Of a stretch of 64,000 nucleotides of DNA, positions 13,489 through 26,541 are shown in pieces. The stretch spans positions 362,452,001 to 362,516,000 of the forward strand of contig OZ024743.1 in the NCBI GenBank assembly GCA_964016885.1, in the 5' to 3' direction. A model generated the notes under the pieces. The model did no database searches, was not told the DNA's origin, and saw only the letters and a list, made by a program, of their open reading frames with translations. The translations under genes were made by a program, and so were the position numbers. The stretch is from Eledone cirrhosa (taxonomy: Eukaryota). Position 1 is the first letter of the stretch. Each line of letters opens with the position of its first letter.

Positions 13489-15023
13489 CTGAAAAACAAA
13501 ACAAAAAACAAAACAGTTGTTGTAATACAATACAAAATATCAAAAGAAAAAAATCATTAACCACTAAGTCATTTTTAAAATAATCAACAATTTAGGGAGA
13601 TAAAGTAATACAACTAATTTTTTCATTGTTAAGCTGGTGTTTAAAATGTAACTTAATAAAGGTTCTTACATAAATTATGATGGAAGGTTTTTTTTTAAAC
13701 ACTTTAAAATAAATAGCTTTGAACCAAAGGTGATTGGGTATCAAAAGAGTTAATACTCAAAAGATTTATGTTCATAGAACAGATGCTTAATCTGAATGCT
13801 TACAACAAAATGATCCTGCAAAAAGCACCTAAGAAACATTTTGATCCCTCATTTGTAAAATTTAGATAATGTTTTAGGAAATTGGTCAAAATCTTGCCTA
13901 ATTAAGCCTAAATGAATAATTAGCCATATTTGTGATGTCATATCTTTGAAACTGAGGTGATAATCATCTTCACATTACACTAATTAATAATATCCATGTG
14001 ATATCAATTGCCTATTTTTTTTCAGGTTCTTGAAAATGAAACCTTTTTGGGCAACTTTTTTAATATTTATGAAAAACCTACTTTGTTACATGTCACAAAC
14101 AGTCGATTTTATGACAGAAGCGTAAGCTTTACATGTTTTCAGACCTAGCTAAATCCAAAAGTACAAGCCACAGGGACTTAAGTTTTTACACATTTGTAGT
14201 AGGTATAGAACTAAATAAATCCTGAGATTTGGGGACATAATACCATTTCAATAAAATGTTAACGGACTATTCAACATGGCTATAAACAAATTAGTGATTA
14301 AAGGCCATTGCAAGCTTTTCATGCATTTTCAAACATGGATATAATGCAATCCGTTATTTGAAGAGGGTTCAGTTTTGATACACTGGGACAGGGTATAAAA
14401 CTCAATCCTCTCTGTAAGTTTAGAGCTTTACAATACATTTAATAGTTATCCCTGTAGAGCTCCGTTGAAGGGGCCAGCTTGCAAATTCAATATGGCATTT
14501 GCCGAGACATAAAAGTTAACCAGTGTTAGTGATATTTATCAATAAAATTACTAAATTTTATTTAATTATTAATGAAAGTTCCTCAGACATAGATTAAAAG
14601 AACAAACAGATTGTGAAAACTAATTCCTGTAAACACACTCATTGGAAGGAGAGAGAGAAAAAAATGAATCGGCACTACTTGTGAAAATGTAAACACTACC
14701 ACAAATTATTCGACTATTCGAAATCGAAAAAAGAAACATCACATCGGACTTTAAAGGTCTATAAAATAATATTCATTGCACAATATAATTATATGATGAG
14801 GAAAAGACAACATTAGCTGAATGGTTAATATTATTTCAATCATTTTAGCAACAATGAGAGACAAAGCATAGAATTCAGTATACTTACCAAAATAGGGACC
14901 AGAGAACCATTTACTGTACATGAATAGGCATAAAAATGAGCATATATAAAAAAAGATCCCTGAAGTGAATTACTCAGAGATGCCTCCCACATAAAAAGAA
15001 TAGTTAAATTAGTGTTATATTAC

Positions 15024-15207
15024 CTTTATTGGTTAATGCAATGGGCTCTGGCATGAATGCATCACCATTTGTAATATCTCCATTCAGCTTTCGAGCATTT
15101 TCTTCAGATTTCTCATTAATGGCTTTGTCATCAACCAATTCATAAAAATTGCCAAGTTTCTCAACAAATTCAGCAACTAACTGAGTCTGTGGCATAGCTT
15201 CAACAAT
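15024..15207 (-). CDS. ACBD5: ACBD5 coding exon 4 (IVEAMPQTQLVAEFVEKLGNFYELVDDK...)
   Basis: Resembles the ACBD5 post-ACB segment I.E.MP.T..V......G.FYE.V.DK; ttgcag|...|gtaata, 184 bp, phase 0->1. Confidence 0.93.
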
Positions 15208-16850
15208 CTGCAATATTTAGAGAAACCATTAGATAACACGTGGGCCCCATGACAGGTTTGTCCATTTTGCCATATCAACTTCATTCCCCACTCACCTTCA
15301 TCTTTAGTCATGTTCTTCTTGGTCTTGCTTTCCCTCTACATCCTTCCATATTCCTTTCCATTCCTCCTCTCACTCTTTCACTTTCATCCTTCATAAACAC
15401 ATAACACAACCATTTCATTCCATTTCTCTTCAAAACATTCATCACTGATTCCATTCCCCTCATCCAGTCATTTTCATCCTTCCTCAACATATGATCCATT
15501 TATTTCACTCCATTTCTCTTAACAACATTCATCACTGACTCTATTTTCATCATCCCGTATAATTCATTGTCTGCCTTCCACTCTCTCTGAATGATGCTCA
15601 AAAAAACCATAAGATGGAAACAAAATGAATCAGACTCAAGAAATTAAAATATAATGTATAGTTATATTAAATCATCCAGTAAACGTGTAAGAAACTTATG
15701 AATATAAGTGCAGGTATAGTGTCTTTTATCATAGCCTCCAGTCAATCAAAGCCTTGATCCTCACTAATTTACATCTGCTTTCCATGCTGGTATTGGTTGG
15801 ACAGGTGATCACAGTCGGAGACAAAAAAGCATACATTCCATATTTTGACATGGTTTCTATAGCTGGATGTCCTTCCTAATGCCAACCACTTCAGAGTGTA
15901 CTGAGTGCATTTTAAAGTGACTTAAGCACTACCACTGTACAGAGTGTAATGGTTGCATTTTATTTTGACACCAGTTCTATCACTTTATAGAGAATGCCAT
16001 GCCCTTGAACAGTTCTCTCAACTCTATGTTTAGCAAGTTTTCTATGATTGGATGACATTCCTAACACCAACCACTATACAGAGTGTATTGTGCGCATTTT
16101 CTGTGGCACCAGCACAAGACAGGTTGTCATGTTGGTGACATGACTGAAGAGTCTTCTCAATACTATGTGAAGGAGACATGTACCTAGTTAAACATGGTTA
16201 GTTGGTGAGAAGATGCTAGGGGGAATAAATATATGTATGATGTCATAAGGTTGGAAAGAGAATGGGATGGGTACAGTGATGGCGATGAGAACAATTAGTA
16301 GAGAATGATGGTGGTATGGGAGGGATGAGATACATTAGTGGGGGCATCTTGCTTTTATACTGGTAGGCAAGTTTCTCCAGTAACACATCCTCAATCCTTG
16401 CAGTCCTTTGTCATCTGTTTTGAGGTTCAATTCCTCAAGTCTGCCTTCACTTTTACATCCCATGTCTTCCTTGGTCTACTGCTTCGAGAGGTGCCATCCA
16501 CTAATATTTCTCTGCACCTTTTTATACAGCTATCCATATAAGCACAATCTTCTCTCTTGCACACTACATGGGAATTCTTTTATACCAGCTCACTTATGCT
16601 ACATAATTCATGCACACAAACATTGCACATTAACCAAAGAATATTCTCAATTCATTTCCTTCTAGCCTTTACAGATCATCTGCAGTCAAAGCCCATGTAG
16701 CATCACAGTTTACATGCAGGTATCATACATTTACACTTCACTTTGACAGAGAAGCCCTTTGTTGTCAGCAGAGGTACTAGCTCCAATATATGTTTGTATG
16801 TGTGTGTGTGTGTGTAAACCCAACCTACAAACAGTTTATCATTTACTTAC

Positions 16851-16923
16851 AGTTTTTAGTTGATCCACATAACATGACATTGCTTCTTCCTTGGACATCT
16901 TCCCAAGTTTATTCCATGCTTCC
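16851..16923 (-). CDS. ACBD5: ACBD5 coding exon 3 (EAWNKLGKMSKEEAMSCYVDQLKT)
   Basis: ACBP C-terminal motif AW..LG.MSKEEAM..YV; tag|...|gtaagt, 73 bp, phase 2->0. Confidence 0.96.
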
Positions 16924-17761
16924 CTACAAATAGGAAACAAAACAGATGAACACAAGAAGTATTTATTCACTTAAATATTTATAGTATGATGTTCTACAGT
17001 GAAATATTTAACAAAAACAAAAAAGCAGGACTATCATTCATGAATTGTGATAAGTAAATAAGTAAACATGTATGTGCGCCTCTCATATCTGGATTACAGC
17101 ACAAACTACAAGGCAAAGAAAGACCTTGCAAATGGTTGCTTGTCTTGTTGAAAATAACAGCCAAATCTCCCTAAAATAACATTCTATTACTCTCTAAAAT
17201 CTTTTATTACTCTATTCCTAATAAAAGACACAGCCTATGATATTGAAATAATTTTGAAAATAATCAAGAATTTGAAGATATTTAGTAACTAACTTTTTCA
17301 TCATTAACCTGATGATTGGAACATAGTTAATTGTTCTTACAAAAACTTATGGTGACAGGTTTTTAAATAAATATAAATACTTTTAAATAAACACATTTGG
17401 ATCTTAAAATCAGGTACACTTTCAGGTGGTTTTATATCAAAAGTGAAATGACTTCAAATAACAAAATGAAGGTGAGTTACATTTAAACTCCTCTTAGAAA
17501 CATTCCAACTTTTTATACTCTGGCAAGAAGACACTGAGGGAGTCTCTGCTATATGTTGAGTCTGTCAAGCAAGATATAGAGTCAAATTCCTGCAAACCAC
17601 AGCCTACTGTTTAGAAATGGGTGCATTAGGCAGTCCTTGGTGCATTGTATCTTGGAACAAGATAAAATGCTCACAACTGAAACATTGTTTATCCTAAGTT
17701 TTCTCAATCATGGCTGACCTGGGGCTAAATGACAAAAAACGATATGGATTTAAATAATTAC

Positions 17762-17882
17762 CATTTGGCTTTCTTGACCACATCCCAAAAGTTTGGTTTT
17801 GGAGCTGTACACTGACCTTCTGTAGCCTGTTTGTAGAAGGCATAAAACTTCAACAGCATCTCATTTGATGGCTGAAAGGAGC
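17762..17882 (-). CDS. ACBD5: ACBD5 coding exon 2 ([41 protein letters not shown])
   Basis: ACBP signature YKQAT-x-G; GSFQP-x-NEM typical of ACBD4/5; AG/GT boundaries, 121 bp, phase 1->2. Confidence 0.96.
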
Positions 17883-18669
17883 CTATCAACAAAATATAGA
17901 ATAGATGTTGAATTAAGCCTGTTGACATTATCAAATATAAAAATGATACGGGGTTAAGTAAGTTAACTGGAGGATCAAATATAAGATTAAGTCAGTTAAC
18001 AGAATCAAATATAGAATAAACATGATTAAGTTAGTTATGGTGAGTGTGCCAATAAATTAATGCATCCAACTAAAATATACTGTTGTGGTGGAGCTATCTT
18101 TGTTTAGGCTCAATATAACCACAACGATCAACCATCAATTAACCCATACTAGCTCAACAACAATTATCTCTTTCTTCACTCTAATGTGATCAACAGAGAC
18201 TTTTAAAATGCTGCTAGAATTACCAAAACATCAATCAAACATCAAAAATACTCTGACCAAATAAACTATAGTTTGTATACAGTAGCTGCATACTCACTCA
18301 TGGAAAATATACTAATCTTAGTTATAATTTCATACTTTAATCTTTTTAATTATTTTTATCTTCACCATAACCTCACGTACACACCCCATTTTACGTTGCT
18401 ATCTTCACATAATAGAACATCTTCATCATCATTTTTACACCCATTTTTCCATGTTTACACAAAACATTTACCATTTTAATGAGATTTGTCTCAGTTATTT
18501 GTTCCAACTATTTCTTCTTTAAGGCTTCCTATAGCTCACTCCTCTCCCATCATGTTTAGCTCCCCTCTCATTCCCCACTTATGTAACACTTCCAGCGACT
18601 ATGTGCAACTATTACATCTATACAACTCACCACACACATATATATATATCTTATTTTTCTTCTTCTTTG

Positions 18670-20310
18670 CCCACATATTCCTGAGAGAGTTATAAGGCAG
18701 AGTCCTCAAACACTCCTTCCAGCAGGTCCAGTCAGAAGCAACCATATCCAACTGATCTGGCTGGATCAACTAAGAAAGACCAGCCAAACTCATGGGTGTT
18801 ATCTAACCATCTTGCTCAGGGTCTACCCTGAGTCTTCTGCTGGTTGGTTTTGCCTTTAAAATCTGTCCAGCAATTTTTTCCTGAGACATTCTAACCACAT
18901 GCCCATATCAGAGCTGTGATCTCTCAATTTGGAGAAGTAGCAGCTCTATCTAGAGAGACTCTCTGATCTCCGAGCTATGCACTCTATCAATTAATGTTAT
19001 GCCAAAGACCCTTCAGACGAACCCCATTCTAGCCGCTTGTATTCAAGATTGTATTCTTTTTGGTTATTACACAAGATTCATGACCATAGGTGAGGGTAGG
19101 CATGAATACCGAATTGAAGATAGTGAGTTTGGCTTTTACCTCCCTTCTTCTGATTACCGAATGTTGAAGCTGCTGCATTACTGCACCAGCTCCTGCAATT
19201 CTTGTACTTAATTCAGCCTCATGCCTTCCATCACTCAAGAACAAGGCCCCAAGATACTTGAACCCTATTCACATGTAGAGTACTGCACAGACTTCCTTGA
19301 AAGGATGAGTATCTCAGTTTTTGCAGCACTGATTTTCATTCTAGCCATGCAGCACTTGGCATCAAACCTGTCAAGTGCAAGTCAAAGATCACCTTCTGTT
19401 GCGTTAAGTAACACCATGTCGTCTGCAAATTCTGAACCAACTGATTTTACGCCCACCAGTCATGATACAACTTCCAACTCAGCTGCACATGTCAATCCTG
19501 TTCATGTAAATAATGAACAGGAGAGGTGACAGTATGCACCCTTGTCAGAGTCCAACTCCCACACAGAATGTTTTCGATTTAGCACCATTTAGCCGAACAC
19601 AAATACTCGGGGATTCATATAGAGCATTGTTTCCCAAAGTGGGCGGTACCGCCTCCCTGGGGGTGGTGCTTTGGTATCGGGAGCGGTTGGGGGCGACAGT
19701 GTAGTATTAAAAAAAAGAAAAAAAACAAGCTATTTATTGTTTAAATTTTAAACAATAAATAACTTCTTTTTTTCTTTTTTTTACAAATATATTGCATATG
19801 TATATTAAGCATTTATATAGACATCTATAATAAAGACATCTATGAGATTGCGTAGATTCTACACAATCTCATAGATGTCTTTATTCTTATTGGCAAAATC
19901 ACATTCTTTTTACATCTATGTTACTAATGATAAACTAACATCATCACCATCATTGTTAAACTAACCTCATCACCATCATTGTTTAATGTCCACTTACTCT
20001 GCTAGTAAGGTTTGGATGTGTCATCACAAACTGATGGGGGGGTGCTGAGGGTATTACGTGGCCGTGAGGGGGGGCGGTGGCCCCAAAAGTTTGAAAACCT
20101 CTGATATTTAGACATCGAGGAAGCAAGAAGCTGACCATCGATCCCATACTCCCGCACAACCTTCCACAGCAGGTCCCGAAAAATGCGATCATATGCCTTT
20201 TCAAGGTTGACAAAACAAGAATATACATCTTGACAATACTCCCACAATTTTTCAAAGACCTGCAGCAGTATGAATATTTTGTCAGCTGTGCTGTGTCCAG
20301 GGCGAAAACT
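18670..20310 (-). mobile_element. RTE-type LINE (same family as 6175-7040), interrupted by a hAT MITE
   Basis: FRPGHSTADKIF.L, FVNLEKAYDR, QGCILSPLLF, PTLTYGHES motifs. Confidence 0.8.
19625..20103. mobile_element. hAT-type non-autonomous element (MITE)
   Basis: Imperfect TIRs cattgtttcccaaa / tttgaaaacctctg; degenerate 8-bp TSD atatagag/atatttag; the RTE sequence resumes on both sides. Confidence 0.65.
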
Positions 20311-21536
20311 GCACCGTTCCTCCTCATAGTGGTGCCATCCAGTACCAGGCTCCAAAACTATGGTTCCACTGTGAGATGGATTCGGCATGGCCAACTGGCC
20401 TGTCCTTTCTCATAGCAGTGCCATCCAGTTCTGGGCTCTAAAACCATTGGCTCCACTGTGCGAAGGGTTGGTGCAGCCATCTTGCCTGTATCTCCTCATA
20501 ATGGTCCTATCCAGTTCCATACTGTTAATGTGGTTGGTGTTAGAAACGACACCCAGCTGTAAAATCCCCGGCCAAATTTAGTCCTGTCAGAGCAAGGTAC
20601 GACATAGCCAATTCTGGCCAGACTTGTGTCCAGACATAGACAACCCATCTTGCATGGAAAATAGACACTAAACAGTTATGATGATATATATGTGTGTGTA
20701 GATGGTGCTTCATCATGGCCATACTCCAAAGATTGTTTTTATAGCAGAAGATGACTGATTAAGATCCTCTTTATTTATATTAATGGATTCATAAAAACCT
20801 GTTTATGTTTTTATAAAACAAGTTAGAGGAACTTTTATTTATTGAATTTATGCTTCACTGATGAGGCCATAGACCGGGCTTCTGCTTGGCCAAGACAAAT
20901 TTGTCTTTTTTCAACACTTCCCTGTCCATCATTGCCATCTTGAGTTACTAGACAGATCCCAAACCAGTATCCTACTAAGTTTATAATTGTATATGTCATG
21001 ACATCGCCCAAGCTTTCCAATTCTATGCTGCCGATCCCACAGAAGCAGCTTTGATGCTTCCTCTTTTGGATGTCATGCACACTTCCCTTATAGACAAAAT
21101 ATCAGCTATCACTACCACCAATCTTGACTGTGTTGATAACATGGCACTGATATGCAATTAAATTCAACAAACACAGGAGGTGCTTTAACAAGTGGTGATT
21201 TTAATTGTTAAGTTCTCTCTGCATATAAATGGCAAAAAAAAATAAACCCGCAAAAAACCGAGTACATGGCTTTCAACTAAAATGTGAATGCTGAACAGCA
21301 AACAATAAATGACACAAAGTTAAATACTTTGAATATAAAAATGAGGAGGTTATAAGATGGAAATATATCCAAAGATGTCTTCTATACTTGATATAAAATA
21401 ATTTAAATTATATTAGCCATTGACTTAGTGTATATTCTACTTTGTGTAAAGTTTTTTTTATTTTGTTGATTCAATAGATATTTCTTGAATTGATGTCTAT
21501 GCTTATATGAAACTTGAGGTGTATCACCATTAGACT

Positions 21537-21969
21537 TGTAGTGACCTACATTCCGCAGGTTCACATACATTCTCTGTGCGTGATTTGGCTCAGCTCAGCC
21601 AATCAGCGCCAGTAGAAGAGGATGTATCCCTACGCGTTCTGAGGGAGAAATAGCCCGCAAAGATTTGAGGACGCCACCACTTCCAGGCTAGATGACTTCC
21701 AGGCTTGACCATGCTAAGTAAACACCGCTTGTTCTTTTGCTCAGCCAGCGCAAACAATATGTAACGACAAAACATTCCTACGGAGCTGGCTAAACGCCTT
21801 CGGCCAGTCGACCGTATTTTCTCTTGTAATCTTAATTGAATTATTTTATTTCTCTTGGCATGCCAGCTCAACCTCTGTTAATAAATAATGTAAAACCAAG
21901 CTAAAAGTCGTTGTCGATATATGCTATCATATCTTTCTACCAAACCTGGTTCCTCGTGGCAACATTACA
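21537..21969 (+). mobile_element. Probable solo LTR
   Basis: TGTAGTG...CATTACA termini, CCAAT box, CpG-rich body, AATAAA ~21880. Only a 3-bp flanking match (ACT), so the TSD is uncertain. Confidence 0.55.
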
Positions 21970-23989
21970 ACTCTCTAAATATACTATGCTCTACCACAAC
22001 AACAACAACTTCTAAACATAACTCTCCGCCAAATCTGGTGACAATATACCTCAACCAAATTGGTGACTTATATTTAACAAAGAGAAACATCCTTTTCCTT
22101 TATTGGTGACCCCTATGTGTTTTAAAGGACAATACACCATCCTGAAAGAATGAAAATCAAAGTTGACTATAGTAGGATTTAACCACACACTACAGAACAT
22201 TGTGCTAAATACCATAAGGCATTCTATCCAATATTCTAACAGCAGTAATTTTGCTAACTTAATATTAGTCATTAACAAATATTGATTTTTTTTTTTTTTT
22301 TCAATGCCTAATTATTTCTAGTTATCTTTTCAATGCTCTCAACAGTAACTTTGCTACTGTTTTTCATGTGAATGGTGTCACAAACATTTTCAAAAAGCAG
22401 CATATTGTGTTAGAAACTAACCCAAAATGAATATTTTCCTAATAATTTTTTAAATATTTACATAAATGGATCACTTGCATGTCAATTCAAATTTACTTAA
22501 TTGACAAAGCAACTGAAAGTACAAGACATTACTCTAGATGAGACACCAACCTGTCACAAAATTTACCTCCAGCTGTTACTGGTACTTATTTCATTTTTTC
22601 AATTGAGTGAATTGAAGCAATGTGAAATGAAGTGTCTTGCTCAAGGACACAATGTACCGGCCAGTCAGAAAATGAAATCTATGACCTTATAATCATAGTC
22701 TAAAGGATAATTCATGGTTTTTTCCCTTCAACATCATAAGAGTCTACTCTAAAACAAAGAATTAATTTCTTGAAACATTGAGTGAATAGGGACTTATCAT
22801 ATATACTCAAATATAAGCCAACCCCCTATTTTATGCCTGAGAAATGGGCAAAAATTCAAACCTTGTTAAATAAGCCAAGGCAAGTAATCAACACATTATG
22901 TTTAAATGGTGCAGGTTTGAAATTCTGATGAGTGGAGAATATATTTATGAAGTTTTAATATTTTAATATTTAAAATGTTTTATGTGTTGCTTACAGTATA
23001 GGTTTTCTTTCACAACTCCATTATGCAATAATTTTTTACCAATATATGACTGTTTTAAAGGCCGCATTCATTCAAAACATAAAAAATAATAGGAAATATA
23101 AATTTCACCGCCAAAGGGAAACTGGTGTAATATTCACCTCCAAAGCGAAAATATTTTAACACTTCATTTATGTGGAATTTCAAAGTTGGTGAAAATCGGT
23201 AGAATACTAACTTTGAATATAAGCACCCTCTCCCCTCCCCTCATTTTACCATCAATTTTTTTCTCACATATTTCTCAGTTTATATATAAGTATATATGGT
23301 ACCTCAACTCAAATAGTTGGACTTGTGTTGCCTTTGTGCGAATGTAACTTGGTTAAATTATTTAAACATTTCTCTTCTTGTTTGATTTATTCAAGAAAAC
23401 TAGTTTGAGAGCTTAACTGAGGAGTGAACGAATATCTCATTATATATTCCCATTTCGAAAATGCTAAACAACCTTCCTTGTTAAGATTACGACATAACAC
23501 GAGGTTACTGAACTACTACAATGGCAAGTGATATCAGAAGTAGCCAGATCGAACTGAGATTCACTGGAAAAATATTTGCTGAGGAAGATGTTTTCCAGTC
23601 CCAATTGCTTACGCAATTACTGTTACTATGCACTAACAGGGGACTCATCAGAAACCATTACAGATAACTATATAGTTTCTACTTGTTATTTCCAGTAAAA
23701 GTTAGAAAGGAAAATGGATCTGAGTACTAGAATGGTACTTTATTTATCAACCTCAAAAGGATAAAATACAAAAGCTGAACTTGGCAGAATTTGAACTCAG
23801 AGCACAGTGAGCAAAAATGAATCCCACAAATCATTATATCCGACATGTTAATGACTCTCCAAATTTGTCTTATACACATATTTGTAAATATAGTATGTGT
23901 ATATATATATATATATATAGGAAAAGAGTCAGGACCCCAACGACTGAGCTCCGGTTATTTCGACAGCTAGAGCCGAATTGAATACACTC

Positions 23990-24670
23990 TCTTCTGATTA
24001 CCTGCTGAAAGTGGCACATTGCTGCACCAGCTCCTGCAATGCTTGTACTTAATTCAGCCTTCTGCCTTCCATCACTCATGAACACAGCTCCAAGATACTT
24101 GAACTTCTCTACCTGCTTCAATGGAACTCCATTCACATGCAGAGTGCACTGCGCAGCACTGATTTTCATTCCAGCCATGCAGCACTTGGCATCAAACCTA
24201 CCAAGTGCAAGTCATTGATCACCTTCTGTCAAGTTAAGTAACACCATGTCACATGCAAATTCCAGCCAACTAGTTTTAAATCTGCCAGTCGTGGAGGTGA
24301 TAGTACACACTCTTGGTGGAGTCCGACTCCTGCTTTGAAAGGTTTCAATTTAGCATTTTAGCATCATTTATCCAAATCTCTGGAAAGGCACCCAAGCAAT
24401 GACAATTGGAAGTGATAATCCCAATTTTCAAAGAGAGAGATCAGAGAGATTGTTCCAATTACAGAGTGATCTCCTTGTTAAGCCTCCCCGGTAAAGTCTC
24501 TGCTATGAGTCAGGCAAAGAGATGTAGGGAGATTGTTGAGTCTAAGTTAGCTGGTGAACAGTGTGGTTTTCAGCTGAAATGCAGCAGAGCTGACCAAATA
24601 TTCACACTGCAGCAGGCCTTCAAGAGGTATATTCTTGTTTTGTAGACCTCAAAAAGGTATATGACCGCGA
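23990..24670. mobile_element. RTE-type fragments in inverted orientation (23990-24360 minus; 24375-24670 plus)
   Basis: Minus: QVEKFKYLG and domain 4/5 remnants. Plus: IIPIFK..D..DCSNYR.ISLLSLPGK, DLKK.YDR. Confidence 0.75.
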
Positions 24671-25221
24671 AGTGTAAGTCAAAAGATTAAAATTAACTTT
24701 GTTTATTCATATTTGTTGCAATATATATTTCAGTGTTAACCATAATTCAATAGCGATGACCTCATCAGACAGCTAGGACTTGAATAGAAAAAATAGGGCA
24801 ACATAATGGGGGAATAAAGTTTACCTTGTTAATTCGTTCATATGCCCAGATCCGAAAAGTGGTGTTGTTAATCCTAAGAACTGGCAGCATATATATATAT
24901 ATATATATATAAAGAAAGAGAAAGAGAGAGTCTGCAGTGTTGAGACCAAGGAGACCACTAATCATGGGAGTACTCACTGCATGAGGCTATAGCGATATGT
25001 AAAATCCCAACTGCAGCACCAAGCAATTCCAACTTGGGTGTTCAGTAAACCCTGAAAAGTCTTGTTAAACACACAAGCCAAAACTGCTTGGCACAACGGA
25101 TTTTACATATTTCTCTCTCTACATGTATATATATATATATATAGAGGGAGGGAGAGTTAGTTCCACAAAAAATTAGCAAACCATACTCAAGGACCCGTAT
25201 GTATGTATGTATGTATGTATA

Positions 25222-25775
25222 TCAGTCGTTGGCGACTAAACTGGCAACCCCACCAAGGTTTCTTGGTGAGGAGGGTGACTTTGGAGATCCTGCAGGACTA
25301 AAAACAAAACCTGTCAAAGGGCAAAGGAGCTCTTAAGAGTCAATGGCCATCCAAAATCACTGGGAGAGATGACCCCTTAGCCTTTGTCAAGGCAGAATTC
25401 TAGAAGAAGGAAAACTCTGATATAACACCTGCAACCCTGATGGTATCCAATGATGTTGACTTGTTCTTCTTTTTGGTAAATATCATCTTGGTTAAGAGAG
25501 TGGGACTGGCTTTGTGCAGTGCCTTTGCTCACTATAAAAGCTTCACGGCACAGGCATTGCTTTATATCTGGAGATCTCTCTGCACTTGTCATCACATGGT
25601 ACCATGGGCCCAGCACTATGTGTCAATAATTGTCACAAGTGTAGTGTTTGTACCAGAGTTTTCAAGTCGCTGGCTGGACTAAAAAGTCACTTGTTCAGCG
25701 CATCGGTAGGGGTTCTCCTACATGGATATAAAGTAGTGGCCGTACTCGAAAACGAGTTGGCAGCCACCATATATA
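25222..25775 (+). mobile_element. Bipartite non-autonomous RTE-derived element (5' UTR-like part plus 3' end)
   Basis: Ends in C2H2-like HKCSVCTRVFKSLAGLKSHL and a short 3' stem ggccgtactcgaaaacgagttggc; homologous to 57866-58530. Confidence 0.6.
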
Positions 25776-26541
25776 TCAGTATATGTGTGCATCTGCACTT
25801 ATATTTACTGTTTATGTCCTGTAACTTCAACAAAAGGTAGTCAATAAAAGTAGTACCAGACTTGAAAAACTAATTACTAGGGTTGATGTGATCAACTAAT
25901 CTTTTTCCTCTAATGCCTGAAATCAATAAAAGAATACAAGACATAAATATCTTAATTACCAGACAAACTAGAGTAAAAAAAAAATTAAAATTAAATTACA
26001 CTTTTTTTTATCATCAAATATGAGGAATGAAAAGCTGATTAGATAACAAGAACAGAAATAGTATGGACGTTTAATCACTAAGGTTTGTTTTAAACAACAG
26101 TATTAACTGTCAAGCAGAGACAATACAGGGTTTGAGAGGACGCTTCAATCTAGATAAGCATGTTGAAACTTCTCTAGTGCTGGTGCCACGATAAAATACA
26201 TCCAATACATTCTGTAAAATGATAGTCATAGTGCCACAAAAAAGGCACCCAATACACTCTGTGAGGTGTTTGCCATTAGGAAGGGCATCCAAACTTTAGA
26301 AAGCAAGCTAAATATGGAACACATAAGCAAGTTGAGGTCGCTTCAATGTATTTGATGATGACACTGTTTTGGAATTCTAATCCTAGAAGAACAAAACAAC
26401 CTTCAAAAAGCTTCCAGTGTTCATACTAACATAATTGTTGCTGGTTGGGGATAGAGACAATGGGTGATGAGCTAGCCGTATAAAAGGTTCTTTGTGAAAG
26501 CTTACCTGAAATAATTTTTATTTTATGCTAATCTATTAATA

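Noticed and set aside
26501-26515. TTCAG|GTAAG on the minus strand near the middle of the 16.5-kb intron 1, as a recursive splice site
   Set aside because: The upstream sequence is A-rich with no polypyrimidine tract; the motif alone is plausible by chance.
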